Shown one piece after another: positions 37,062 to 48,464 of a stretch of DNA of 64,000 bases. The DNA is from Trichosphaerium sp. ATCC 40318 (Eukaryota; Protista; Tubulinea), in the NCBI GenBank assembly GCA_038496445.1, contig JALMLS010000562.1, positions 124,001 to 188,000 of the forward strand, in the 5' to 3' direction. The first letter of the stretch is position 1, and each line of letters starts with the position of its first letter. The notes beneath the pieces were generated by a model that worked only from the letters and a program-made list of their open reading frames with translations, ran no database searches and was not told the origin of the DNA. Made by a program: the position numbers and the translations under genes.

Positions 37062-39291
37062 ATGCTTATTGGACGAAAACCTTTGTTGCGCTCAAAGCAA
37101 ACGTCAAAAGTTGCTAAGCAACCACGGGTTACTGTGCAACGAAAATATTGCGAAAACAAACGCCCACACGTTGTGACGGAAAGCTCTTACAGTTCAACAT
37201 TCCCTGACGCTACCAAACCCATATCTGAGTATGAATTCGCTGAGAGTTGCTCATTTCTGCCTGCTGGCACTAATCTAAGTACTACCCTTGTAAATCGCTG
37301 AAAGATTTGCTGACAAACCTAGTTCTTGGCGTATCAGGCGGATGCGATAGGTATGACAGCAATTTGTTCTCAATTGTAAATTCATCATTGTTAGCATTGC
37401 AATGGCGTTTATGATGAAACGATGGGCTAAAACAAGTACATTGGTACCTATTGTAATAGATCACGGTCTTAGACCAGAGTCTGCCGAAGAAGCTGAACTA
37501 ACAGCAAAATGGCTCGGAAAAATGGGTCTGTGACACTTATGAAGCGACAAAGCACTTGTTTTTAATGTACTGATTCCCTGAAGGTATGTCAGCTATTGTA
37601 GAAAAAATAACGTGGGATAAAAAGCCTAACGCTGGGTTGGCGAAGCGTGCTCGAGATATAAGATACCAAAAATTCGCGCAAATGGCTGCAACTGTACACA
37701 TAAAAAATCATGAGATTTTTTTTTAATTTGGGTGCATAGCATAAAGCGTCTCATGTCGTTGTTGCTCATCAGTTGAATGATCAGATAGAGACCATGTTTT
37801 TGCGCCTGGCGTCACAATCAAGGTTCCGTGGTCTTTCCGGTATGCAACGAGATGTAGTGCTATCAGGTCATCCAGTTGTGAACATTGCACGGCCTCTGCT
37901 CAAGTTTCCAAAGGTACATTTTAAACTATTGTTATTTATAGTATAACAGTATTGAAAATAGTCTCGATTGGCAGCAACTTGTGAAGCAAATGGATTGTCT
38001 TGGGTTGAGGTACAAGAAAGAGATTTGATTCTATACGCCTTGAGTTTAGACGATTATTAGGATCCTACAAACGAAGACAGAGCATATTCACGACCTAGAG
38101 TCCGTAAGGCATTGTTTGAAATAGAAGATAAAGTTACTACGGAGCAGCTAGCGGCAGTACATAGTCATATTGGTACATTAAAACAAAATGAACCACTGCT
38201 AACACGAACGAGATTCCATCAATGCTTGTATAGAAGCAAGAGTAACAAGTACTCTTCAGGATATTGCTTGCTTCAATAGTGATAATGGTATTGTTCAAAT
38301 ATCAAGGAGAAGCCTCCTTAATATGGAAAAGGTTCTATTATTAAGGGTTCTGTCAAGAATAGTTTTATCTATTGCCAACAAGGTAGCACCTACTAGTATG
38401 CTAGAGTACGTTGTCTAACTTAGGTTTAAAACTATCGTTGTAATGTTGGGTTCTAGGCGTACTATCGAACTTATACATTCGCGCAAGGAAAATGTTCAAT
38501 TGTCTGGTGCACGTGTGCTAATAGTATCAAGTACAATATAGCTTTGCGTGTTTGTTAAAGTACTAACAATAATAAGGTCGCTTTAAGTTTAATGGCAACA
38601 CAACTATTACAAAAAGAGATGGTGTTGTTATGTCTTTTATTCGAGCACCTGCTCCAGGATTTACACCTCTGGAGCCTAATTCAGAGATTTCTTGGCTAGA
38701 AAGATGGGTAATAACGTGCAAACAACCTAGAACAAATCAATCTCTTCGCATTCGGTGCTTTAAAGACAGAGATATTGGCAAACTTGGAAGGTACACTTCC
38801 TTTTTTGGTGTCAACAATTTTTGCTTAAGAGTCGTTTAGGGAGCTAAAAGAATATTCTGGATTACAAACATTACCGCCTCATCTATATACAGGCACTGCA
38901 GGTACGTATTGATTATGTGAGTATAATTTTTTAAATACATATGTCAGTCATTGAGGCAGTGCCAGATAAGGAATCACCAAAACCAGTAATCGTTGCAGTC
39001 CCCGCACTGAAGTATTACAATGATGCGTACGTTTAAATGTTGTTGTATCCATTTTAAATAAGCTCACATTTTTTGAAAAGATACGTAAACGAGGATTGTA
39101 TCACGTGCGTTTATAAAGCAAAAATGCCAATTTTAGAGAAAAAAGAAAAACATGAAACAAAAAAAGAAAAAGACAAAAATATCGTAGCAAATCCAAAGAA
39201 AGCAGAACGTACTCCTAAGCAACGTACAAGATTCAAAAACAGTTATGAAGAGACTCCTAGTCCATGGTCTGGGCAGTTTACAGGGTATTAA
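37062..39291 (+). CDS. tilS: tRNA(Ile)-lysidine synthase, nuclear-encoded, predicted mitochondrial, spliced
   Basis: PP-loop GVSGGCDS, IDHGLRPES, ARDIRY, AHQLNDQIETMFLRL, RPLL, WVE|DPTN. Basic presequence MLIGRKPLLRSKQ. Confidence 0.9.
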
Positions 39292-39363
39292 TAGTTAAAT
39301 AATTGTAAAATACAACCACTAATTTTGAGTGAAAGTTCTTTTATTTACTTTTTTATTCTTGTT

Positions 39364-41078
39364 TTAAGTTTGATGATGTTGGCGCTGTCCCATTGGTCCT
39401 ATTTCTACTGAAGTAGCTACAATGGGTTTGCCTCTCTTTGTTTTTAGGTGATGGTTCCAACTACACTTTACGATGATACCAATTATTGCGGCACATACTT
39501 AAGAACAGTTAGTTAAGATCTCGCGATAGTGTACGTACTAAAAACGAGTAGTACAGCACAGAAAATGATAAATATTAAGCGGTAATCAGTTGATGATCCT
39601 TCGTCTTGTGAAATTGGAGCCATTGAGGTTGGTGAACTTGTTGTTGGTGTAGTTGTAGGCACGCTGGGGATTGTGGGAGGAGAAGGCAGGGCAGAGGCTT
39701 GTGGAGAACTTGTTGGTGAAGCTGTAGGCTTTTGATCTACGACTTATTAGCATTAAATGTAATGTGATAATTACCAATGAAACAATCGAGGCCAAGGAAG
39801 CACGTGCTACCTAAACAATGATCAATCACAACTTTTTTTTGGTTTAGCGTTTACCATTAAAGCATCCTTGGGTACGTGGATTAAAGCACTCTCCTGCCTC
39901 ACCAGCAATACCTAATAAAGAATTTACCATGGATTGCAGACCAATGCATACCTGCGCAGTAGTGTAGGCCAACAGAGCATACTGCACCTTGGATACAAAC
40001 CATTGTGTCATTGATACAAATACCAGGGTCGACTCCTCCATTAACACCACCTGCTACCATAAGTATAATTTAATAACAAATAACGTGCGTTCGCAAAGCC
40101 TCTCGTTCAGGGAGCACACTTTCCTTCCCAGGCAGATGTGCGTAGATGTGTTGTAACATTCACCAATATACGGTGTTGTATGCTCTGTACACAGTCGCAT
40201 ACCAGTGCCTTCACATATGTGGCCGTTGTCACACGTTTGTGTTGTGTGATCGAAACATTTTCCGGGGAACTTATCAGGGTTATTAGGATCAGCTAGGTAA
40301 TGTTAACGTTTTTTGATACTGTTTGGGTACACACGTGGGCAATATGAAGAGTTGAATCCGTCACAAACAACAGGTTTAAGGTCTTGCCCTACATAATTAC
40401 AAGTTTGATTTTTAGTGTTATAGCACGATCCCTCCGCGAACTGTCCATTTGCTTACAGAGAATTAGAAGAATATTGACAAAGAACTATTTACCTCTGCAA
40501 AGGGCAGCGTCAATGCCATCGCAAATTATACCCCCCAAGCATACTTGTGTGGTTTGTCTGTAACAGCCCCCTGGTCCATTAGGGGGTACTAAAGGAAAAC
40601 CATGTGAGTCACCTTAAAACGAAAACTAACTAACCAGGCGAGCAATATTGAGCATCCACTCCATCACATACTCTTCCACCAAGACAAGATTGAGTGAATT
40701 GGTTATAACACAAATTATCGTGTCCATTCACTCCAGCAAGACAGTAAACAAATGGGTTAGATGGGTTTGAGACAATTGCGCAGGCCACGAAATTAGCATC
40801 ACAATAGTCGCCAAAGATTGGGTTGGTTTTGTAGCATTCACCTCCGAATGCCGCATCAGGGCGAACTGTACAATTTAAGTTACTGGGTTAATTGGTACCA
40901 ACGTACTGCAACATTCTTCGCAAGAGTGTACAGCAGGGTTTATCCCGCACGAAGAGGACTCATTTTTATCGCAAGAGAGGTCAAGAGCACCAGCACATTT
41001 CACTCGCTGAGCTTTTGACGGGTTCCATGTACATGCCAGGAAGATTAGTGTACAAAGAGCGAATGTTTCTACTCTCAT
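39364..41078 (-). CDS. Type I membrane protein with Cys-rich repeats (CYxxxxQxCxGGxxCxG), P/T stalk and TM
   Basis: Signal peptide MRVETFALCTLIFLAC and about seven repeats (e.g. CYNQFTQSCLGGRVCDG, CYRQTTQVCLGGIICDG, CFDHTTQTCDNGHICEG). TM LIFIIFCAVLLVFICAAIIGIIV. Confidence 0.8.
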
Positions 41079-41512
41079 GCTAATAAACACGTGAATTTAC
41101 AAATAAACGCAAAAACCCTTCACGTTGTTGCGTGAGCTACACGTACATGCTTTTGTTTTGGGAAATTAATTTGTAATTGATAGTTTAAAGGCTTGACTTA
41201 GTGACGAAACAAATTGACAAACTAGTCCAAAACTCTATTGAGACAATATAGCAGGGTTTTAAACGATTTGTAATAAATGTGAAGTAAAAAAACGGTCATT
41301 AGCTCGTAACAAGTAAAATCACGCATACGTTACGCCAGATTTCACAATGATTCAACTGTAGCACGTACAACACAGACTTTTCCAAATTAGACGTAAAGTT
41401 TATTGTGAAAAAAAAAACGTGGTTAGCAGTGATCACGTGATACGTTCCATAGTAGGCAATTTCTATGGTCTTATTTGTACAGGTAGATTTTTAAACAAAA
41501 ACTTTGCCAACA

Positions 41513-44500
41513 CTAATTTATGTCTATTAAATCGCCTATCTGAGCTCTATTACCCGCGTTGGGCGCTCTCACAGTACCCGGTAATCCTACATGTAATCCA
41601 GCGCGTGCACCGGCGTTAGGAGCTCTCACAGTACCAGGCATGATGTTCAAATCAGCTCTGCCGCCTGCATTCGGAGCTCTCACGGTCCCTGGGCCTTCAA
41701 TATCAAAGCCTGCTCTTCCACCGGCATGTGGAGCCCTAACTGTACCAGCTTCATCTACAGCAAAACTAGCGCGTCCTCCGGCGTTTGGAGCGCGAACCGT
41801 TCCCGCTTCGCCAACATTAAATCCCGCTCTTCCTCCCGCATTTGGGGCACGGACTGTACCGGCGGCGTCGACGTTAAAACCAGCGCGTCCGCCAGCATTT
41901 GGCGCTCTGACTGTACCAGCATCTCCAACATTAAAACCAGCCCTTCCTCCTGCGTTTGGCGCTCTAACTGTACCAGCATCATCAATACCATAACCAGCAC
42001 GTCCACCAGCATTCGGTGCTCTGACTGTACCGGGTTCATCCATATCAAACGGCATTTCTTCTCCTGCTGAATCAGGGCCAGCCTTGAAGTAGGCACCAGG
42101 CAGTTCTTCCAATGGAACACTCTCGTGGTAGCCCCTCCTAGAAAACGATTCGTTAGGTGACGGTTGGAACAGAAAATTTGATGTGTACTTTTTCTTTCTC
42201 CTGCGAATACAACAGAATATGAGGATGCAACAGATACAGCAAAGAAAGAGTGCAACGATGACAACGAGAATCCACCACAAGTTTGAGCTACCCTCGTCAT
42301 CTGTAGTTCTCTCGTCAATAACAGCAGGTTCCTCCGATGGTAGAGGTGTACTGGTTGTCTCAGCAGTTGGCTAATCTCGTTAGACAATTAGAACAAAAAA
42401 CAAAAACTGTACAGCTGAAGTTGGTTCTTCGGTTTGTTGGGTAGTTGGTGCATCGCTTGGGGGTTGTTCGGACACGGGTTCTGCAGTAGGTATAACATCA
42501 ACTGGCGCGATAGTTGGCATAGACGTCGGTTGTATAGTAGGCTGAGACGTAGGCTGAAGCGTTGGTTGAGATGTTGGCGCTGGCGTTGGTGCTACCGTGG
42601 GGGTTGCTGTAGGTACCATTGTAGGCGCTTCTGTTGGTGCGTCTGTGGGTGGCAGTGTTGGCGCTGGCGTAGGCTCTAGTGTGGGTGGTAGCGTAGGTGC
42701 CTCAGTCGGTTGTAAAGTTGGTGGTTCAGTTGGTTCAAGTGTGGGAGGAGCTGTTGTTGGTGGTGCGTCAGGAGGCAGAGTAATCTACAATGAGTCATTA
42801 GGAAGTTGTAAAACAATTATAGAGTCTGCGTACCACATCAAACCCAGGTGGAAGCGGTGGTGCTGCAAGACAGAACTAGTTATGTTAGTTAAAGTGTGTA
42901 CATAAACTTTTTGGTACCTCGTCTCCTGGTGGAGGCAACTCTGGTATGTATTCGAAACTGACGTTGAGTAGTTTATTTTTAAAAGTATCTAGTCTATTTG
43001 ATACATCGTGTGCCTTAAAATTGAGATAGTACTCAAGCATGAACTGACACCAAAATCTTACTTCGAATTTCACTGTAATCTTTCATGGAAAAAACAATGT
43101 TAATGGCTTTAATTAATGCATAAACGGTGCTAGAGTGACGTACCTGGTTATCAAATGGAATGACGGGCTTTATATCTAATACATTAACTGGTGATTCTCT
43201 AATGTAGGGTAATAAACTAACATCTGCTTTGAACAATTCGTTAATGCTGTCGTTGATCCCTTCTAAAGGAAACTCTAGTTGGAAATCCATTCTCATCCAT
43301 TCTTTAAGAGAAGTTAGACTTTCTTGATTGCTTACAGAAGTAGAAGTACACGTGCCTCCATTTTGAGGTTGTGTACATCCTTGAGGATGACAAACACCGT
43401 TTATAAACTTTGGTTCAGTTGAGTTTAAGAATGAAGTGTAAAAACTGCAGTCTGGTAGAGCTGGGAAAAAACTTGTGTCATATGGATGACAAATACATTG
43501 CTCCTCAAGAACTATTTTTGCTGGATCTTGTAGCCAAAGATTATCGAAACAATTATCTTGTAAAAAATTAACTGCGTCCGGAAATATAGTCCTTTGATCA
43601 TTCGGGTCAACAGTTGCAGTGAAAGTTGAAATACTAGTGATATCTTGCGTTCTATCCACATCGCATGCTTGTGCAACAACATCAGCATATTGTACAATCT
43701 TTGACATTGGCTCCATGCTAAAGTAGTGTAAGCTTACACTCGGAGGTGATAACATACAATACACCCGGGTCCAGATTATCAAGCTCTTGGTAACTCTCAA
43801 GAGCCAATCGTTGTATTTCAGTCGTCATGTTACCTTTTTTTTCGAATTAGCAATAAATGGTTTTTGTCAAAGTGAGTAACGCACGTGGAGTCGAAAAAGG
43901 GATAATGAAATGTTGGCGAGCACTCAATTCAGCTCTTACAGGGATTGAGTTAATCACCATATCAAAGTTAACGTCAATAAACTGTGCGTCTGGCCTGCAG
44001 CAACTCAGGCGCCCGGAGATAGGCTGTACAATATCAACGAGGCTCGAGTACGCAACAGCATATGGTAAAACACACTCAGAGTCATCAATACCAGGCATAT
44101 TTTGAAAGTGGTTTAAACAAACCAAACCAGACTCGATGATATCGTGAGTTCTTACTGTCGCTAAGTCGTGATTTATAATTGGATGTGTAGGCATCTGCCA
44201 TACAAAATGGTGTGTTCCTAATGTTGTTTAGACATTGTAACCTCTTGTTTGGCGTACCTAGATTACAAGGCTCACACGTTGTGCCGACACTTATGTGTGC
44301 TGGTTGAGAACATCCAATACATGCTAAAACAGAACCAGTAAGTTTGGTGTATGATTGGCTCGAATGACACTAACTTCCATCAATATGACTACACTGAGCA
44401 CAAGACGGATCGCAGGTACTAACACAAGATTCTCCCCAGTATCCTGGCCTGCACGCGGGAGATAACGAGCATTTTCCTGTTAAGACATTCAGTTGAAATA

Positions 44501-44886
44501 AACGTTTTTTAAAACCACGTGTTTTCGCGCTGTCATCTTCGTACCAGTTTTTGGATTACATAGACCACCAGTACATCCAATTGCGCAAGGTGTAGTACAA
44601 AGATCACCATAAAAACCTGAGTTACATCTAAACATGTTATCTTGCCTGTAGTGCGTTACAGTACGCATACCCAAGCCTATGACGCATTAACAAGATATCG
44701 TATGTGATAAATGTAGTAGAACGTACTCACACACGCCAGTGGAGTCGCAGAGGCCGTCAAAACAATTTGCTGAGCGAAAAGATTAGGTATTTAAGAAAAG
44801 TTTGTCGACGTACGAGAGCATTGACACCACGTGACACTTACTATGAATGCAATATGAACCAAGAAATAGATACAAGTCATGGTCAT
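41513..44886 (-). CDS. Type I surface receptor-like protein: EGF-like repeats, mucin P/T stalk, TM, repetitive cytoplasmic tail
   Basis: Signal peptide, CNSGFYGDLCTTPC and CRPGYWGESCVSTC, PTxxPT stalk, TM WWILVVIVALFLCCICCILIFCCI followed by RRRKKK. Confidence 0.8.
41543..42031 (-). repeat. Nine coding tandem repeats of ~57 bp (GTVRAPNAGGRA-x6/7)
   Basis: The peptide core is almost invariant while synonymous codon positions vary. Confidence 0.95.
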
Positions 44887-45349
44887 GTTGCGCTTTGAAG
44901 GTCCAGATTGTGTACAAACCGCTTAAGACAACCTTTTTTCTTGAAGAAAGATTCATTTTTTTTGCGTAACATTTTTTTTACAAAACAGTAATAACAAATA
45001 CACACTTGCTTTAATAGTGTTGTCGACATACTTATACTCTTATGGTAATATAGGCAATAAACTGCAACTGTATAGGCACGCCTGCTGGCTTTGTAACTTA
45101 TTTTTTTCGTTATTCCGACATTCTTGTATTCAGCTTATACCTCAACCTCGTAGCAAGGTACTTAGTGTTCTCATACACAAGTGCTTGCTAGTGTTTGAGT
45201 TACAAGGTAGTTTATTCCTTCCCTTTCCGTTCTTCCTTAATTTGGTGCTAAGCAATCTAACTTTTTCACCTTTTTAACTAAGAGTCATACCTACTCCGGT
45301 AAAAAACAATAAAACAAACACTAAACAATACAGTAAAAGTACTGACGAC

Positions 45350-47536
45350 ATGGCAACCACCGGGGAACGGTTGCACCCAAAACGTGCTCAATTAAAGAAG
45401 AGGAAGAGTTTCTCCTCCAAGATTCTATTCTCCACGCGTGAAAGTCATGATGGAATGCACCGCAGGAGATCTCGCTCGTCGCTTGAGAAGCCACATAAAA
45501 CAACTTCAACACTCACTATATCATCCCTCCCTAAGATAAGAGAACATAAGAAGCGAAGAAACAGCGCTTTTAGCAGGTCGAACAGATCGCGGTCTGAACC
45601 TCCACCGGTACTAGTGACAAGCTCAAATGGTCGCAAGGGGAAAAGGGGCTCAACACCTACACCCTCGTGTCTAAAACAGCTTATTCACAGCCCGCAAACT
45701 TCTCCCCGTCCTCAACGAAAGCACAAGGGCTCTCATTCTGTCTTGCAACGTAAAGACATAATAACGGAAGGCTCAATGGAGGAATTAGTTACATGGTTAT
45801 TCGCCTTCCCAGGTACCAATTCGTGCTCTTTAAAACCATACTTACGCATTAATAGACATAACGCTGGTTAACTGCTTTCTAATTTGTTACAAAACATTTT
45901 GGTCCTCACGACAATTGTTAGATCACCTCGCTAAGAAGCTTAAGAGTAGTAAAAGTGCAACTGGGACATGTTTTATGTACGTCTGAATATGATAATATCT
46001 TTTCGTGCTTATGGATTTAGAATATTCGAGTGGCTACAAATATGGGTTGATATGTACTTCAAGCGCGACTTTGATGCAAAATACGAGCGAAGAAAATTGC
46101 AGAGTATCATATTTTATGCAATTGACGCACTTGGGCTCGTAGAGCCTGCTAATAAACTCAAACTGACAATTATAAAGGTACATACGCGCAATAACGCTTT
46201 TTTTGTAGTTTTAACAAAATATTTCGTTAAATTGTTTTTGCGATAATAATAACGCTCGTGTTAGAAGTCAGCAGAATGCCAGGTTAAGAAAATGCCGTTT
46301 TTTGAAGGTGTTAAAAACAAACAAACCAAGGACGCTCGAATTCGAGCACAACAGCAGTTTACGTCGCAAAAGAAGTGGAAACCAACGCACAAAATGCCTC
46401 AAGGTATGTTTTAGCGCATTTAATTTTATTGTAAACCCACGTAGTTAATTTCGTGGTTTTTTTAGGCAACAAGGTCTCTTTGTGCGATTTAAATAAATAT
46501 GATGTTGCAGAGCAGCTTACGTTGAAGGATTTTAAACTATTTGAAGCTATTGGTGAAGAGGAGCTTTGTACACAAGCTTGGGCTCGTTCTGAGTCCGATA
46601 AAAAGTGGATTGATGTGCCAAGGCTAAAAGCAATGGTAGATTACTTCAACTGGGTACGTGATGAACCTAAAAAAGTCGAAAGACTACAATTTGGGAAGCC
46701 AGTAACTTTTTTATTACCATTTTCCTTTAATACCTTGCTTTTGTATTCTTTGGCTTATAAATATGTTCTAGGTAAGTAATTGGGTTGGTACAGAGGTCCT
46801 ACGGCATTTTGATGTCGAAAGCAGGCGTTCTGCTCTCGCGAAGTTTATTAGTATTGCAGATGTATGTTTAGATATCAACAGTGTTAATATGTGCATGTCT
46901 ATAGTAGCTGCATTGAATATGAACTGTATTCAACGTTTAAAGAAAACTTGGAGTGTACGTTGTTTTTGGAAGAAATGAATTTATTTTATTCCATAAAGGC
47001 TCACGCTAATATTCTGACTTTTTAGGGGTTATCAACGCCTTCCAAGACTTGTTTTGAGCGCCTTAGTAAGTTGGCTACTGCACAGCATAACTTTCAGAAC
47101 TTACGTGCACGTATCGAGGGTCAACAAGGACCAATGTTGCCTTACATAGGTATGGCTACCATTTTGATTTTTTCGACTTTTAAAACGTTCCTTGTCTTTT
47201 ATTTTTTTTGCTTTGTGTAGTTTACGCTGTTTGCTTACAATTATAGGTCTATATCTAAAAGATTATACGTCTTTAGAAAGCAGTATGGATGATACAACAA
47301 AGCATTCAAATATCAATTTTTCAAAGATACATATGAAGGGATTACTTCTTTATACCTTCAAGTTGAAGCAATCTAGACCTTATCTATTTTTACAAGAGAA
47401 TAAGCCATTATCTGAGTGGATAGAATCATGTAAGGTGATGAACCACGATCAGTTATGGAAGGCTAGTGTTTCGGCTGAACCAAAAAAGATGAACGAAAAG
47501 AAACCTGCACCAGTACTCAATATTATTTATATCTAA
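45350..47536 (+). CDS. RasGEF (REM + CDC25 domains), spliced
   Basis: GSMEELVTWL, WLQIWVDMYFKRDF, VAEQLTLKDFKLFEAI, VDYFNW|VSNWVGTEVL, IQRLKKTW, PYIG|LYLKDY, INFSK. Confidence 0.92.
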
Positions 47537-47777
47537 ATGAGAACTAGTTGCAAACAAAGAGGGGTGTAGTTTTGGTTTTTTTCAGAGAAACAGCCCCCTT
47601 TTGCAATAGTATGGTACAGGATTTTTGGGGGTTTTTGTTGGCGTGTGGAGGTAAAAGAAAGGAGGCTATTCTTCTTTTTTTTTTTGTAAAATAGTGTAAC
47701 AACAAGTTAATAATAAAAAATTAATGCTAAAAAAAGGTGTACAGTCGGTTAGACGATTTGTATTTTTACGTTAAATA

Positions 47778-48391
47778 GTCCTTGTTGTATAGCGTTATTA
47801 CGAAGTGAGTTTACTAAAGCTGCAAAGGAGTACCCTCGCTTCGTTTTAACAGTAGCTATTGGTGGTATTTATCATCGACTTCGTAGTACCCCTGTAACCG
47901 TATATGCTTCCTTCTTGTTGCAATACTACATCTGCGGTAGTTGCTTTCGTATTTGGAAACCTGCAATGGCCCCACTTCTTCTAGGAGTGCGCTAAAGATC
48001 AACGCCTAAAAAGGAAACTCTTTTACGAAGCGGCACATTTCTAAAGCAGAGCAACTATAATAGGGAACGCATTAGAACCGTTTACTGAGGCGTAATACAA
48101 ATATTTACGATTTTGTGTTTTCCAGAATCAACAACAATCCAAAAAAAGACGCAGTTGCACCTGTGGATGCTCAAAAGGGAATAAACGTCCGACGAGCAGG
48201 TTGCTACAATATTCAAAGAAGAAAGGTTCCAGAAATAGGATGTGTATCTTTGCAAATCGTTTGAAACGTCGTGGATGCTTCGAAATGAAATTTGCTAGGA
48301 TACACAAACTAGAGCTATTTGCTGACATTGAACAAGTTCGGGTAAACTGGGCCAACAAGAACTTATTAGTAAAGGACAACTCGTAATTTTG
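47778..48391 (+). ncRNA. Candidate ~610-nt structured non-coding RNA of unknown class
   Basis: Several long stems whose wobble pairs are G-U on the + strand, 5'/3' terminal pairing and a 3' AAUUUUG. It lies in an unusually long spacer between convergent genes. Confidence 0.5.
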
Positions 48392-48464
48392 TTTTGTTTC
48401 TTTTTTTTTATGTTCGATACAAGTTTGTTTATCTTACATCCAAAAAAAAAAAACTCGAATAGTG

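Noticed and set aside
41543-42031. CRISPR-like repeat-spacer array
   Set aside because: The repeats are in-frame coding units that vary at synonymous positions in a eukaryotic gene, and there are no cas genes.
48128-48386. ORFs of 83 aa (-) and 61 aa (+)
   Set aside because: Non-ATG starts, no protein-like features and no splice partners; the region is better explained by RNA structure.
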